Source of the DNA: Mobula hypostoma
Taxonomy: Eukaryota
Assembly (NCBI RefSeq): GCF_963921235.1
Contig: NC_086108.1
Location: 58,964,001-59,028,000 of the forward strand
DNA length: 64,000 bases
Reading direction: 5' to 3'
Every line of letters starts with the position of its first letter. Within the stretch, counting starts at the first letter, position 1. The translations under genes were made by a program, and so were the position numbers. Below are positions 1 through 12,036 of the stretch, one piece after another. The notes beneath the pieces are model-generated. The model was not told the origin of the DNA and ran no database searches. It saw nothing but the letters and a program-made list of their open reading frames with translations.

Positions 1-883
1 TGTTGTGGACAGTGTTGGGGGCTGTCAGAGGTTACAGTGGGACATCGATAGGATGCATAACTGAGCTGAGATGTAGCAGATGGAGTTCAACCCAGGTAAG
101 TGTGACGTGGTTCATTTTGGTACGTCAAATATGATGGCAGAATATAGTATTAATGGTAAGACTCTTGGCAGTGTGGAGGATCAGAGGGATCTTGGGGTCT
201 GAGTCCATAGGTCACTCAAAGCTGCTGCACAGGTTGACTGTGTGGTTAAGAAGGCATACAGTGTATTGGTTTTCATCAACTGTGGGATTGAGTTCAAGTG
301 CCGAGAGGTAATGTTACAGCTATATAGGACCTTGGTCAGACTCCACTTGGAGTACTGTGCTCATTTCTGGTCGCCTCACTACAGGATAGATGTGGAAACC
401 ATAGAATGGGTGCAGAGGAGATTTACAAGGACGTTGCCTGGATTGGGGAGCATGCCTTATGAGAATAGGTTGAGTGAACTCAGCCTTTTCTCCTTGGAGC
501 AATGGAGAATGAGAGGTGATCTGATAGAGGTGTACAAGATAATGAGAGGCATTGATCGTGTGGATAGTCAGAGGCTTTTCCCCAGGGCTGAAATGGCTAG
601 CATGAGAGGGCATAGTTTTAAGGTGCTTGGAAGTAGGTACAGAGGAAATGTCAGGGGTAGGTTTTTTTACGCAGAGTGATCAGTGTATGGAATGGGCTGC
701 CGGCGGCTGTGGTGGGGGTGGAAACGATAGGGTCTTTTTAGAGACTCCTGGATGGATATATGGAACTTAGAAAAATAGAGGGCTATGGGTGAACCTAGAT
801 AGTTCTAAGGTAAGGACATGTTCGCCACAGCCTTGTGGGCTGAAGGGTCTGTATTGTGCTGTAGGATTTCTATGTTTCTATGT
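1..883 (+). mobile_element. CR1 LINE, 3' part (RT C-terminus, 3'UTR, (TTCTATGT)n tail); continues off the window start
   Basis: ORF 242-679 has CR1 ORF2 C-terminal motifs (LYRTLVRLHLEYCAHFWSP, RMRGDLIEVYKIM); short tandem tail ttctatgtttctatgt at about 868-883. Confidence 0.92.
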
Positions 884-2411
884 TGGTTCCTATCCCTCTC
901 CAATGCTATGGTAAAGGAGATAGAATTGTGATCACAATCTCCAAAATGCTCTCCCACTGAGAGACCTGACACCTGACCAGGTTCATTTCCCAATACCAGT
1001 TCAAGTACAGCCTCTCCTCTTGTAGGCTTATCTACATACTGTGTCAGGAAACCTTCCTGATCACACCTACAAACTCCACTCCATCTAAACCCCTCGCTAT
1101 AGGGAGACACCAATCAATATCAAGGAAATTAAAATCCTCCATCACGACAACCCGGTTGTCACGGCAGCGTTCCAGAATTTGTCTCCCTATCTGCTCCCCA
1201 GTATCCCTGTTACTATTGAATGGTCTATAAAAAACACCCTGTAGGGTTATTGACCCCTTCCTGTTTCTAACTTTCACCCACAGAGACTTAGTAGACAACC
1301 CCTCCATGGCTTCCTCCTTTTCTGCAGCCTTGACACTATCTCTGATCAGCAGTGCTATGCCCCCACCTCTTTTGCCTCCTTCCCTGTCCTTTCTGAAATA
1401 TCTAAAGCCTGACATTCTAAGTAGCCATTCCTGCCCCTGACCCATTCAAGTCTCTGTAATGGCCATAATATCATAGCTCCAAGTACTGATCCATGTTCTA
1501 AGCTCATCTTCTTTTTTCATGATACTCCTTGCATTAAAATAGACACATCTCAAACCATCAGTCAGAGTGCATCCCTTCTCTATCACCTGCCTATTCTCCC
1601 TCTCACACTGCCTACAAACTTTCTTTATTTGTGAGCCAATCGCCCCTTCCTCTGTCTCTTCATTTCTGTTCCCAGCCCCCTACAATTCTAGTTTAAACTC
1701 TCCCCAGTAGTCTTAGCAAATGTCCCTGCCAGGATATTGGTCCCCTTCGGATTCTAGTGCAATCTTTCCTTTTGGTACAGATCACGCCTGCGCCAAAAGA
1801 GGTCCCAATGATCCAGAAATCTGAATCCCTGCCCCCTGATCCAACCCCTCAGCTACGCATTTATCCTCCACCTCACTCTATTCCTATACTCACTGTTACG
1901 TGGCACAGGCAGTAATCCCGAGATTACTACATTTGAGGTCCTGCTTCTTTGCTTCTTTCCTAACTCCCTGTAGTCTGTTTTCAGAACGTCCTCCCTTTTC
2001 CTACCTATGTCGTTGGTACCAATATGTACTATGACCTCTGGCTGTTTTTTTTTCCTTCCCACTTCAGGATATCGTGGATGCAATCAGAAACATCCTAGAC
2101 CCTATCACCTGGGAGGCAAACTACCATCTGTGTTTCTTTCCTGCATCCACAGAATCGCCTGTCTGACCCCCTAACTATAGAGTCTGCTATCAGTGCTGCC
2201 ATCCTCTTCCTTTCCCCATCCTCGAGACACAGGACCAGACTTTGTGCCAGAGGCGCAGGCACAGTTGCTTCCTCCAGGTAGGTTGTTCCCCCACCCCCAA
2301 CAGTACTCAAACAGGAGTACTTATTGTTAAGGGGGACGCCCATTGGGGTACCCTCAAGTATCTGACTCTTGCCCTTCCCTCTTCTGACTGTTGCCCACTT
2401 ATGTCTCCCAA

Positions 2412-2962
2412 GGCTCACAACACGCTGGAGGAACTCAGCAGGTTGGGCAGCATCCGTGGAAACGATGAGTCGATGTTTTGGGCCGGAACCCTTTGTCAGG
2501 ACTGAAGAGGGCAGGGGCAGAGGTGGGGGGAGGGCGGGAAGGAGGAGGCTGGTAGGTTCCAGGTGAAAAATCAGTAAGAGGAAAGATAAAGCAGTGGGGG
2601 AGGGGAAGCAGGGAGGTGATAGGCAGGAAAGGTGAAGGAATAGGGGAAAGCACAATGGGTAGCAGAAGAGGCAGAACCATAAGGGAGGTAGTAGGCAGCT
2701 GGGGGAGGGGGCAGAGTGAAACTGGGATAAGGGAGGGAGGGGAAGGGAATTACCGGAAGTTGGAAAATTCAATGTTCATACTCTCCTCCCACCCTCCCCC
2801 CACCTTCTTTATAGGGCCTCTGCCCCTTCCCTCTTCAGTCCTGATGAAGGGTTCCAGCCTGAAACGTTGACTGATCGTTTCCACGGATGCTGCCCAACCT
2901 GCTGAGTTCCTCCAGCATGTTGTGAGTGTTGCTTTGACCCCAGCATCTGCAAGGTATTTTGT
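2412..2962. mobile_element. Penelope-like element (PLE) fragment with inverted pLTRs
   Basis: 13-bp TSD TTATGTCTCCCAA (2399-2411 and 2963-2975); arms are inverted copies; the minus arm includes the PLE ORF end MNIEFSNFR*; hammerhead motif at 2836-2873. Confidence 0.88.
2836..2873 (+). ncRNA. Minimal type I hammerhead ribozyme motif in a PLE pLTR
   Basis: cagtc-CTGATGA-agggttccagcct-GAAAC-GTT-gactg; the flanking cagtc/gactg can form helix I. Confidence 0.7.
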
Positions 2963-3473
2963 TTATGTCTCCCAATGCCCCGGTGTGACTACTTGCCTGT
3001 AGCTCCTCTCTATCACCTCCTCACTTTCCCTGACCAGACGAAGGTCATCGAACTGCAATTCCAGTTCCCTAACACGGTCCCTAAGAAGCTGCAGCTCGAC
3101 GCACCTGGCGCAGATATGGCCATCCGGGAGACTGGGAGTCTCCCGGACTTCCCACATCTGACACCCAGTACAAAACACCAGCCTCACAGGCATACTTTCT
3201 CTTCCTATTCTTCACAAGAAACTTGCCTCGCCTTGACGCGTTATTGCTGACGCCCCATTGAGCCAAAGCCCTCCTGCTCTGACTCCCTCTACTCTGTCAC
3301 CCACCCCTCAGTTTAAATTCTTTTAAAATTCTTCCTGCCGGTCTAACTTGTTGACGTCCATGCGCCTGCGCAGTCGTGCCTCGATAAAACCGCTGAAGAA
3401 AAAACTCTCTCCTTTTAAATTCTTCCCAATGGCGTAACTCACTGATGTCTATGTGCCTGCACAGTTTTGCCTC

Positions 3474-3752
3474 TATCTTCCTTTATCTGTTTCTATCTAT
3501 CACCCACTGGCTGCTTTTTCATCTTCACCTCTCCCCCTTCCACTTTCCCACCTCCACCGAGCTCCATCTGTCCATTATCACACTCATCAGATTCCACCTG
3601 TTGTATGCCAGTCCCTTCCTCTCACCTCTAAGTACTGACTGTCTTTCCTTTTCACCCTCGGTCCTAGTTTGGGTCTTGACCCAAAATGTTGTCCATCCCT
3701 CTACTCCACAGCTGCAGCCTGACCCAATGAGCTCCTCCAGTAGTTTGTTTTA
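3474..3752 (+). mobile_element. Old, degenerate PLE 3' end
   Basis: Pyrimidine-rich tract followed by decayed pLTR words (gggtcttgacccaaaatgtt...gctgcagcctgacc..gagctcctccag). Confidence 0.55.
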
Positions 3753-4865
3753 TTTTGGCGTCAGAAATTAGACTGGCAGATTGCCACTCATTTAAATCAG
3801 ATCCAACTGTGAAAGCTGACTGGGTCCCCTGCCAAAATCCCTGGGAGAGTAGTGATATTCCTTTGATCGCTCGCTTAATCTGTGTAGCAAATGAAAGTCA
3901 GCCTCAATTTACATATCAGCTCTGCCACCACAACACCTTAATGTTATCTTATCAAACTTTTAAACTCGTAGTGGCTATCCTGAGAACTGAGACAATTGCT
4001 TCAGTTGTCTATTCCTGCATATCAATGTGAGGTGTGATAATGTTGGTAGCTAGAGTACAGAGATACAGAAGGACAGGTAATTTTACTCCTTTTCTGGGAC
4101 TCATTAGTTGGACAGACAGTATGTCATTTTGAAACACAAATAATATGAGACCAAACATTTCATGCCAGACCAAGGATCAGTGGTTATTATCAGAAAGCAG
4201 GGTATGAATAATGAAAAATAAATGCAAAGGGCTAATTTTGCTAAAGGAAATCATGAAGGTTAAACAGATGATAAGGTAGATTATAGAAAAAGAGAAAACT
4301 ATCATAAGATGAAAAATGAAACACTGAAAATACAGTTTTCTAATATCATACGGACTCTTATTTTCAACTTGACCCATGCTAGACTAACCACCCTCTTTCT
4401 CAACGACTTTGAAAAATGTTTGCCTAGCTATTCCATCTGAATTTTCATTTATATTGGACTAAACATTATGTCCAATGTTTTAAAAATTATAAAATTGTTA
4501 CCAAGTCATCATATCCATGCTTCCCTCCCTCTCCCTTCTTCACTTCCCCTTGCTGGCACCATAAAATTTGATTTCAGGCATCTTCAAGTTATATGCCTAA
4601 ACTTTGCTAGTTAACTGCTAATCAAGCCTATAACAGTAACTCTTGTCTTTATAATTTGAGCTCATATTTTTGTTGGTTTTGAGAAATGATCTTCTATATT
4701 CATTAACAGCTCAGTTTTTAGAATTGGGCATTACTTTTTGGTCACTCTGAAGAAAGGTTAAATTAATCACCAAACCCTTGACAATGTTTTTTGATATTTT
4801 GCGAGAAGGGAAAAAGCAATGTGGTAAACAGCTGAACTCAGATTTTCGTTCATGTGTGTATTTAC

Positions 4866-4986
4866 CTCTTGTCTCCCTTGTACCATTCAAAAGCTGCCGC
4901 AGGAACTGCAAAAGCCTCGCATCTCAATAGCCCAACTTTACCAAGGACCATCCCAGGACTCTTAATTTCCTTTATTGCTGGAGGAT
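4866..4986 (-). CDS. NEGR1: Internal coding exon (first half of the third Ig domain) of an IgLON-family neural cell adhesion gene, NEGR1-like
   Basis: Acceptor ttttattgtctgctctag|AT and donor AAGAG|gtaaa; 121 bp, phase 1 to phase 2; reads (Y)PPAIKEIKSPGMVLGKVGLLRCEAFAVPAAAFEWYKGDKR. EIKS, GLxRCE and AFEWYKG resemble NEGR1 more than LSAMP/NTM/OPCML as I recall them. The IgLON call is firm; the paralog call is less so. Confidence 0.8.
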
Positions 4987-5682
4987 CTAGAGCAGACAAT
5001 AAAATATAAGCATTAGAATACCACTCAGAAACAACATATAAAAGCATAAGCAGATTGTAAAGTTAGATTGATCACTTTTGCATCTGCAAAGATCTACAGA
5101 TCATTCATGCCTGGTGTTGTGTACTATAGTTAACATGTAAATCAGATGTCTTTGCTTTCATGTATCATTTGGGCAACTTTGCATCATATTGCCCCCAATA
5201 TTACATTTTGCACAGGAAAATTTAACAGTCTTTTCACAGCCCTCCTTTAATGTCCCATATCCAGCTTAATCTTTAGCCAATAGTTCTACTGAGCATCACT
5301 GAGGATCTGTAATCCGTCACTCAGCAACTGTGTACTGCTATACAAGCAGCTGACTTCCAGTTCTGCTGCTGGACTCATGACTGGGCCCAATGGTTAAACG
5401 CTGATGCATGAGGTGATTGTGGTCCAATTGTATCCAGCCCCTGGCCTAGAGCTTGCTGGCTAAAGAACAAATAGTATCACCATTCTTGTAAAGAGACCTA
5501 AGTATTGACAAGTGGCTTATTTATTTAGATTTATATTAAATAATTTTAAAATAATCTACTTAATTTATAAGGGTTTAAAGATTGTTTTTTATTTTGTTAC
5601 TAATTTTTAATTTTTTGTTTATTTATATCAAGGCATTTGGGAGCTAATGGAAGCTAATATACCTGAGGTGTATTTCCGATAC

Positions 5683-6000
5683 AAAGATTAAAGATTAGCT
5701 TTATTTGTCACATATATTGTATATCAAACCATACAGTGAAATGCAACATTTGCGTCAAATCAAATCAGCGCAGATTGTGCACGTGTCCTCATGTCTCTGG
5801 CACAAACATAGCACGCTTCACATATTACTAACCCTAAATGTACATCTCTGGAATGTGGGAGGAAACCAGAACACCCAGAGGAAAATCACACAGTCACAGG
5901 GAGAATGTATAAACTCCTTGCATACACTGTCCAGAATCGAACCCTGATCTTACAGCTGGTGCTGAAAAGTGCTGCGCTAACCAGTACACTATCATGCCCC
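5683..6000 (-). mobile_element. tRNA-derived V-SINE (HE1-like head and V domain) with a non-CR1, Rex/L2-like tail
   Basis: Minus strand: ggggcatgatagtgtactggttagc head, B-box GGTTCGATTC (about 5934-5943), V-domain ggtttcctcccacattcc; tail gtgacaaataaagctaatctttaatcttt. Confidence 0.75.
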
Positions 6001-6781
6001 CTGGTATGCCTCTCAAATACGCAGGGCCAACTCAGGCAGTCTTCTATATCCGGAACAAACTGCTACAAACAGGCAGTAGGGCAGATCTAGTGTTATCAAG
6101 CCCACAGAATAACTGTTTCTCTCTTACTTTTCATACCACTTCCTTAAGCAAAAAGGCACTTACATTTGATTACAGCTTACTACATCCTCATGATGTGCAC
6201 TTTGCTCTGTTATTTTTTTGGGTGCAGTGACCTTTGTCTTCCATGAATTGAAGAAGTCAAATTGAATGCAGCAAGATCTCAAGCAGCAATTAGATGAATG
6301 GTCAGATAAATAGTTTTAATTGTATGAGGGAGGGGTAAATGTTAGTGATGATTAGTTCTTAGAACAATGACCATGTTAACAAATTTCATGTCACATGCCA
6401 GTGATAATAAACCTGATTCTGATTCTGATTCAACATATAAATAATGCATTGTTTAATTATCACTTGACAAAAAAAACCCTTTCTCGATGCAGCACTGACT
6501 CAGTTCAGAATGAAACAGTTGGATTTTGTGTGAAATCTTGGAAAGTGACTGGAACTTCTAGGCACAACCAAATCTTCCACACCTCCACGAATTCTCTGAT
6601 CACCTCTACTTAATGGTTCATCCAATAAGGTAGAATTTCCTCAGGTTAAATGGCTTCCATCCATATTTTTGTTTTCAATGTCAGAAACATTAATTAAAAA
6701 TACACATTAAATGTATGAAAAATATTAAATGCACTTAAAACCTCTAATTAAAGAATTAAAATAAATTCTAAGATTACCAGA

Positions 6782-7212
6782 GTTCAAAATTCAAAGTAAA
6801 TTCATAATCAAAGTACATATATGTCACTATATACTACCCTGAGATTTATTTTCTTGCAGGCATTCACAGTAGAACAAAGAAATACAATAGAATCAATGAA
6901 AAATTATACACAAAGATTGACAATCAACCAGTGTGCAAAAAAAAGACAAATAGTGCAAATACAAAAAACCCAAGTAATAAGAACAAGTAAGTAAATAACT
7001 CTGAGAACATAAGTTATAGGGTCTTTGAAAATGCGTCCATAGGTTGTGGAATCAGTTCAGTGTTGAGGTGAATGAAGTTATACATACTAGTTCAGGACTA
7101 GGTGAAGGGTATCCTGAACCTGGTAGTGTGGTTCCTAAGGCTTCTGTATCTCCTTCCTGATGTCAGCAGTGAGTAGAGAGCATGGCCTGGATGGTGGGGA
7201 TTCTTGATGTTC
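6782..7212 (-). mobile_element. Rex-Babar-type LINE 3' fragment
   Basis: caagaatccccaccatccaggccatgctctc (KNPHHPGHAL motif) followed by 3'UTR and a tactttgaattttgaac tail. Confidence 0.7.
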
Positions 7213-7304
7213 AATACAAGAACTTCACAGAGGCTTGGACTAATCTGTGTCAGATTGTTTAAGTGAATTACCCATTAAAAGTAGAAAGGAAGTTCACAAC
7301 TTCT

Positions 7305-8860
7305 TAAATTGATAAATTGGTGGATTATTGTTAAATGTACTGAGGAATAGTGGTGAACCTGTCTTGCATACAGATCAATTAATTACAATGGTGCACTGAG
7401 GCGGTACAAGGTCAAAGAGTAATAGAGTGCAGAAAGAAATGTAACAGTACAGAGGAAATTCAGTACAGGCAGACAGTAAGGTACAAGGTCACAATGAGGA
7501 AGATTATGAGGTCAAGAGGAAACCATTTTCAATAGTCCTTTAGCAGTGGGATAGAAGCTGTCCTTGAGTCTGGTGTTACATACTTTCAAGCTGGTGTATC
7601 TTCTGCCCGGTGGGAAGAAGGAGAAGAGAGAATGTCCATGTTGTTTGGTACCTTTAATCATACTGGCTGCTTTACTGAGGTAGCAAGAAGTAGAGACAGT
7701 ATCCACGGAAGGGAATCTGTTTTCCGTGATGTGCTGAGTTGTGTCCACAACTTTCTGTACTTTCTTGTAGTCAGAGCAGTTGCCATGCCAACCCATGATG
7801 CATTCAGGTAGCATGTTTTCTAAGGTGCATCAATAAAAACTGGTGAGATCAAAGAGGGCATGCCAGATCTTTTTAGCCTCCGGAGGAAGTAAAGGTGCTT
7901 TCTTGGTTGTGATGTCAATGTGGTTGGACCAGGATAGTCCATTGGGGATTCCTAGGGATCCTCTCACCCTCAGCACCTTTGATGTAAAAGTGAACATATG
8001 CACTGCCCTCATTCTGAAATAAATGACCTGCTCTTTTGTTTTGCTAACATTGAGGGAAAGGTTGTTGTCATGACACCATGTCACTAGTTTCTCTATCTCC
8101 TTCTTGCACTCAGACTACGGTGGTATCACCTGAAAACTTGTAGATGGAGTTAGAGCAGAGCATGTCCATGCAGTCATGTGTGTCCAGGGAGTAGTGCAGG
8201 GTGCCGTGGACGCAGCCTCGTGTGGCACCAGTGTCGAGAATGATCGTGGTGGTGGTATTGCAGCCATTCCTTACTGACTGCAGTCTGTTGGTCAGGAAAT
8301 CAAGAATCCTGTTGCAAAGGGAAGTATTGAGTCCCAGGTTTAGGAGTCTGGAGATGAGTTTGCTTGGAATTAAAGTACTTAAGGAGGAGCTGTGGCAATA
8401 AACAGTAGTTGAATGTAAGTGTCTTTACTGTCCAGATGTTCCAAAGATGAGTGCAGAGCCAGGGAGATAGCATCCACTATAAACCTGGTGTGACATCAGC
8501 TGAACTATAGTGGGTCGAGGTGGTCTGAAAGGTTGGAGTTAATGCGGGCCATGATCAGCCTCCTGAAGCATTTCGCGATGATGGATGTCAGAGCCACCTG
8601 GCGCTAGTCATAAGGCACATTACTTTGTTTTTCTTAGGTACCAGGATGATGCTAGTCTTAAAGCAGATGGGAACCGCGGATTGAAGCAGGGAGATATTAA
8701 ACATGAATGCAAATACTTCCGCCAGCTGCTTTGCACATGATCTAAGGGTACTATTTGAGCCAGTTGCCTTCTGCCTGTTCAGCCCCCAAAGAGACTGATC
8801 TCATGCCAGCAATGGTGACTCTGGGTTCAAGTACATTGGAGGCTGTCATGTTGTCTTCTT
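7305..8860 (-). mobile_element. Rex-Babar-type LINE, degenerate RT and C-terminus
   Basis: ORFs 7512-7814 (WHGNCS..KKVQKVV..PGRRYTSLKV..TRLKDSFYP) and 7830-8084 (WCHDNNLSLNVSKTKE). Confidence 0.85.
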
Positions 8861-8949
8861 GCTGGCATGTTGAGGAATCTATTGTTGGAGGGTATTCCTG
8901 AAAAGCAGCTGAGAGCAGATTTAGGAATCCTTGGAGAAAACCCAAGCTT

Positions 8950-9225
8950 CCTGTGACTTGGAATTATTTTGTTTTATAAATTTCAAGAAATATCAGTTAT
9001 TTTTTATACATACAATTCTCAGTTTTGTTTCTGCATGCAGCATATTCTTGTTACAATGTTTTTCCCCTTTCTTTGCGCATCGGGTTTTGGTCTTTTATTT
9101 TTATTTTTTTCTTTAATTGGGCTCTTTTGGGTTTCTTACTTTGTGGCTACCTGCAAGCAAACAAATCTCAAGGGTGTATTATTTATACATTCTTTGATAA
9201 TAAACGTACTTTGAATCCTTGAATC
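8950..9225 (+). mobile_element. LINE 3'UTR fragment, Rex-Babar-like
   Basis: T-rich body ending in ttgataataaacgtactttgaatccttgaatctt. Confidence 0.55.
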
Positions 9226-9864
9226 TTATAATGTTTAAACATAGGCAATCTAAAGTGAGTATTTCTTTTGAAGCTGAACAAGGCACTCTGGTGCATGAAG
9301 ATAACTTGAACTTGCCTTTTCTGCTTTGTTAATGGGTGTTAGTCAAATGCTTTCAACAGGCTCTAGATCTAATTTCCAAACAAACACATATTATAGTGAA
9401 GGAACTTCACATAAATGAACGCAGATTGCGGTAACACTTAAAAGAGAACAAACTATCAGTTTAAAGAAATACACATAAATATTGAGTGTACTCCAAGCTA
9501 TATAGCCTTCCAGTTATCACAGTGTGGAACAAAACAATATACTCAAATATATTTGCCTCATTTAATTTGGTTGTTTCTCCACGCTGCCTGCAACCTGCAT
9601 TCTTGCGAGACTTCAGTGTCAACAACTTGATGGTTTAAAGGCCGAGCTGCTTAGCTATATTTAAATGCATCATAATTTAACCTATGGCTCTATGAGCAGT
9701 GGTTGTTCATCCAAAGCACTTCAGCAGCAAACCATCCTTGGAATTAACTTCCAATTTTACAGGTCGTTAGATAAGGAAATCTCAACAAACTAGCACTGGT
9801 GTCTTGCAGAGCAAAATTAGTTAAAAATTATTTTCATGTAATTTTTATTAAAATACAGTAATAA

Positions 9865-9980
9865 AGTCACACAACACAGAAGCAGGCCCTTCAGTGACAT
9901 CCAAAAGCTAGTCCCATTTGCCCATATCTTTCTAAAGCTTTCCTATTTATGTACTTCCCCAACTGTCTTTTAAACTTATA
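9865..9980 (-). mobile_element. CR1 3' end remnant
   Basis: acacagaagcaggcccttcag...ctagtcccatttgccc is the reverse complement of CR1 3'UTR words. Confidence 0.55.
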
Positions 9981-10819
9981 GCAAATGTCAAATATGGTAG
10001 AGAATGCAGTGGAGAGAAGGGGTTAAGAAAAATTGTGAAAATGCTAGCCCAGAGATGATAAGAATTAAAAAGGATTAAAAGAATTAAAAGATTTTATTCC
10101 AATTTTAAAAGATGCATTAAAGAGCAACAGAGGAAATGACTGGATGGAAATGGGCAAAGCTTGCATCTACATTGTCAGGAATTCTGTGAGGACTTTGGTA
10201 TTTACACTGACAAAGATGAATGGCCTGCAACTACTGTAGCCTTCAGAGACGTTGCTCTTTGAATTGCCACAGTGAGCTTTATTGGATATTACAGATGCAA
10301 TCTCACAATTAAGCTTGTGAGGGACAGAATATTTCAGGATAGTGAAAAGATTCTGATATATCTCATCTTTGAGTACAAAGAGAAAAATTCCAAGTTGCTC
10401 TGAAAAATGTATCTGAGATTAGTGTATCAGTAATGGTGCAACACTTTATCAGTACTGATTCATTAACCTCAAGCAAATAAGTTCCATGCAATAGAAGGGG
10501 AAATTGGGTCTGATACTGCACATTCTTTGACATCATGATGCCTTTTAGAATTCTAAGATTGTGCTCACTGAATACCATGCACATTTCTGGTATGAAAGGG
10601 TTACTGCACTCTCACGTAAGGTGTATTTGGAAGTACGCTGAGCAGCAGATGCAGCTGATTGAGTGTTAATACTGCTGTTCTAGATATCGGTGCTCCAGAG
10701 CTGAACATAACATTAAGTGAGGTGAAGGCTCCCAATGATACTATTTAATGACTTCATTAAATACTTACTGATTAGTTGTTTGTTTATTTAGTCTGGCTAT
10801 ATTGCTACAATTTAAAGGG

Positions 10820-11040
10820 GACTTGAGAAGGCAAGTTTGACACATGGAACAAACTGGCAGAAGAAGCGGTAAAATTACATTCAAAATACATTTGGACAGG
10901 TACATGGATAGGAGAGATTTAGAAGGATATGGACCAAATGCAGGCAAATGGGACGAGCTCAGTTAGTAACGGAACGAGCGCAGGTAGTCAAGGGACAAGT
11001 TCGGCACAAGTGCCTGTTTCTGTGCAGTTTAACTCTATGA
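10820..11040 (+). mobile_element. CR1 3' end remnant
   Basis: tttggacaggtacatggataggagagatttagaaggatatggaccaaatgcaggcaaatgggac...gcctgtttctgtgc...ctctatga. Confidence 0.7.
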
Positions 11041-12036
11041 ATCTGCAACATTACATTTTTGGTGTATACTTTAGTTGCCTTATTCTCAAACTTCTGGAAT
11101 AAGTGAAATTACTGAAGGTTTTTTTTTTGTTGACTTCAAGGGATCGTCACAAACCAGTTGTTCTCTCGCTTGGGTATATATCATCCGAGAGTGCCATACC
11201 TGCTGGGTGCATGCAGAGCAAAATAAGCTGCTGGAAGAGGAGGGAGGACGGGGAGGAGGTAGAAAGTAGGGGCTTCAGCAAGGTGTTCAGGCAGAAGTTC
11301 TTATCTTTTCACTTGAGCAAAAGAAATACTTGAGGCACCTGGTCTTCACTACAGTAAAGGATGCGATTGTAATCTACAACTTCTTCATCTACAACCCCAA
11401 CATCGAAGTAGGGCTAAGATGGCACTGTCAGCTACTGTAAAGGTACTCATGGATATATACTTGCCTACAGCCTTTCGGGCTGCTGGTAGGTGCATTTACA
11501 AAATCTCTCAGTTTGTCATCCCCCACTACATTAGCGAAGACCCTGGTGCTCTCTCTATCTTCACTCCCTCTCCTGACAGCAATAGACAGAGTGATCAAGA
11601 AGGTTAGCAGACTTCAGGCTGTCATTGACTGCATGTATGTTGCTTTGTGGCTGGTTTAGGTTAACTGTGCCACATCCGTGAACAAAATGGGATTATACTG
11701 TGCACCCTCACCCAGCCTCAGATAAATTTTAAGAAGCTATTCAAATGGTTTACCAGTGACCTGAACTCCAAGGTTCCTGACAGTCATCCTAAAAGAAGGT
11801 TGAAGGTCTGTATCTTGTGGAACATTAGCATTCCCCAGGTTACATGACAGCAGCACTAAGCACACACTACAAGATCAGATTACTGGATTTTTGATACTCA
11901 GAGTCCCTTTGAACACCAATAGCAAAGTTATTGTGATGTTCTCCAAATGACCTGAAACATTATTTCCGTTTTTCTCTTTATTGAGCACACCCAGCTTGCT
12001 CAATGTGCCCAGTTTCTTTCTGTTTTATTTTTGACA

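Larger units (their letters stand above)
884..3473 (-). mobile_element. CR1 LINE, 5' half (5'UTR monomers, ORF1 with zinc finger and SGNH esterase, ORF2 endonuclease), interrupted by a Penelope fold-back insertion
   Basis: Minus-strand ORFs: CTGCQMWEV...CARCVELQLLRDRV (ORF1 N-terminus), IADSIVRG / VIVHIGTNDIG (SGNH), DREGGKRGGGIALL, GVFYRP and GDCDHNSI (APE endonuclease). Confidence 0.9.

Noticed and set aside
4987..5047. N-terminal part of ORF 4862-5047 as coding sequence
   Set aside because: It lies upstream of a clear splice acceptor (polypyrimidine tract plus AG) and has no Ig similarity, so it is intronic read-through
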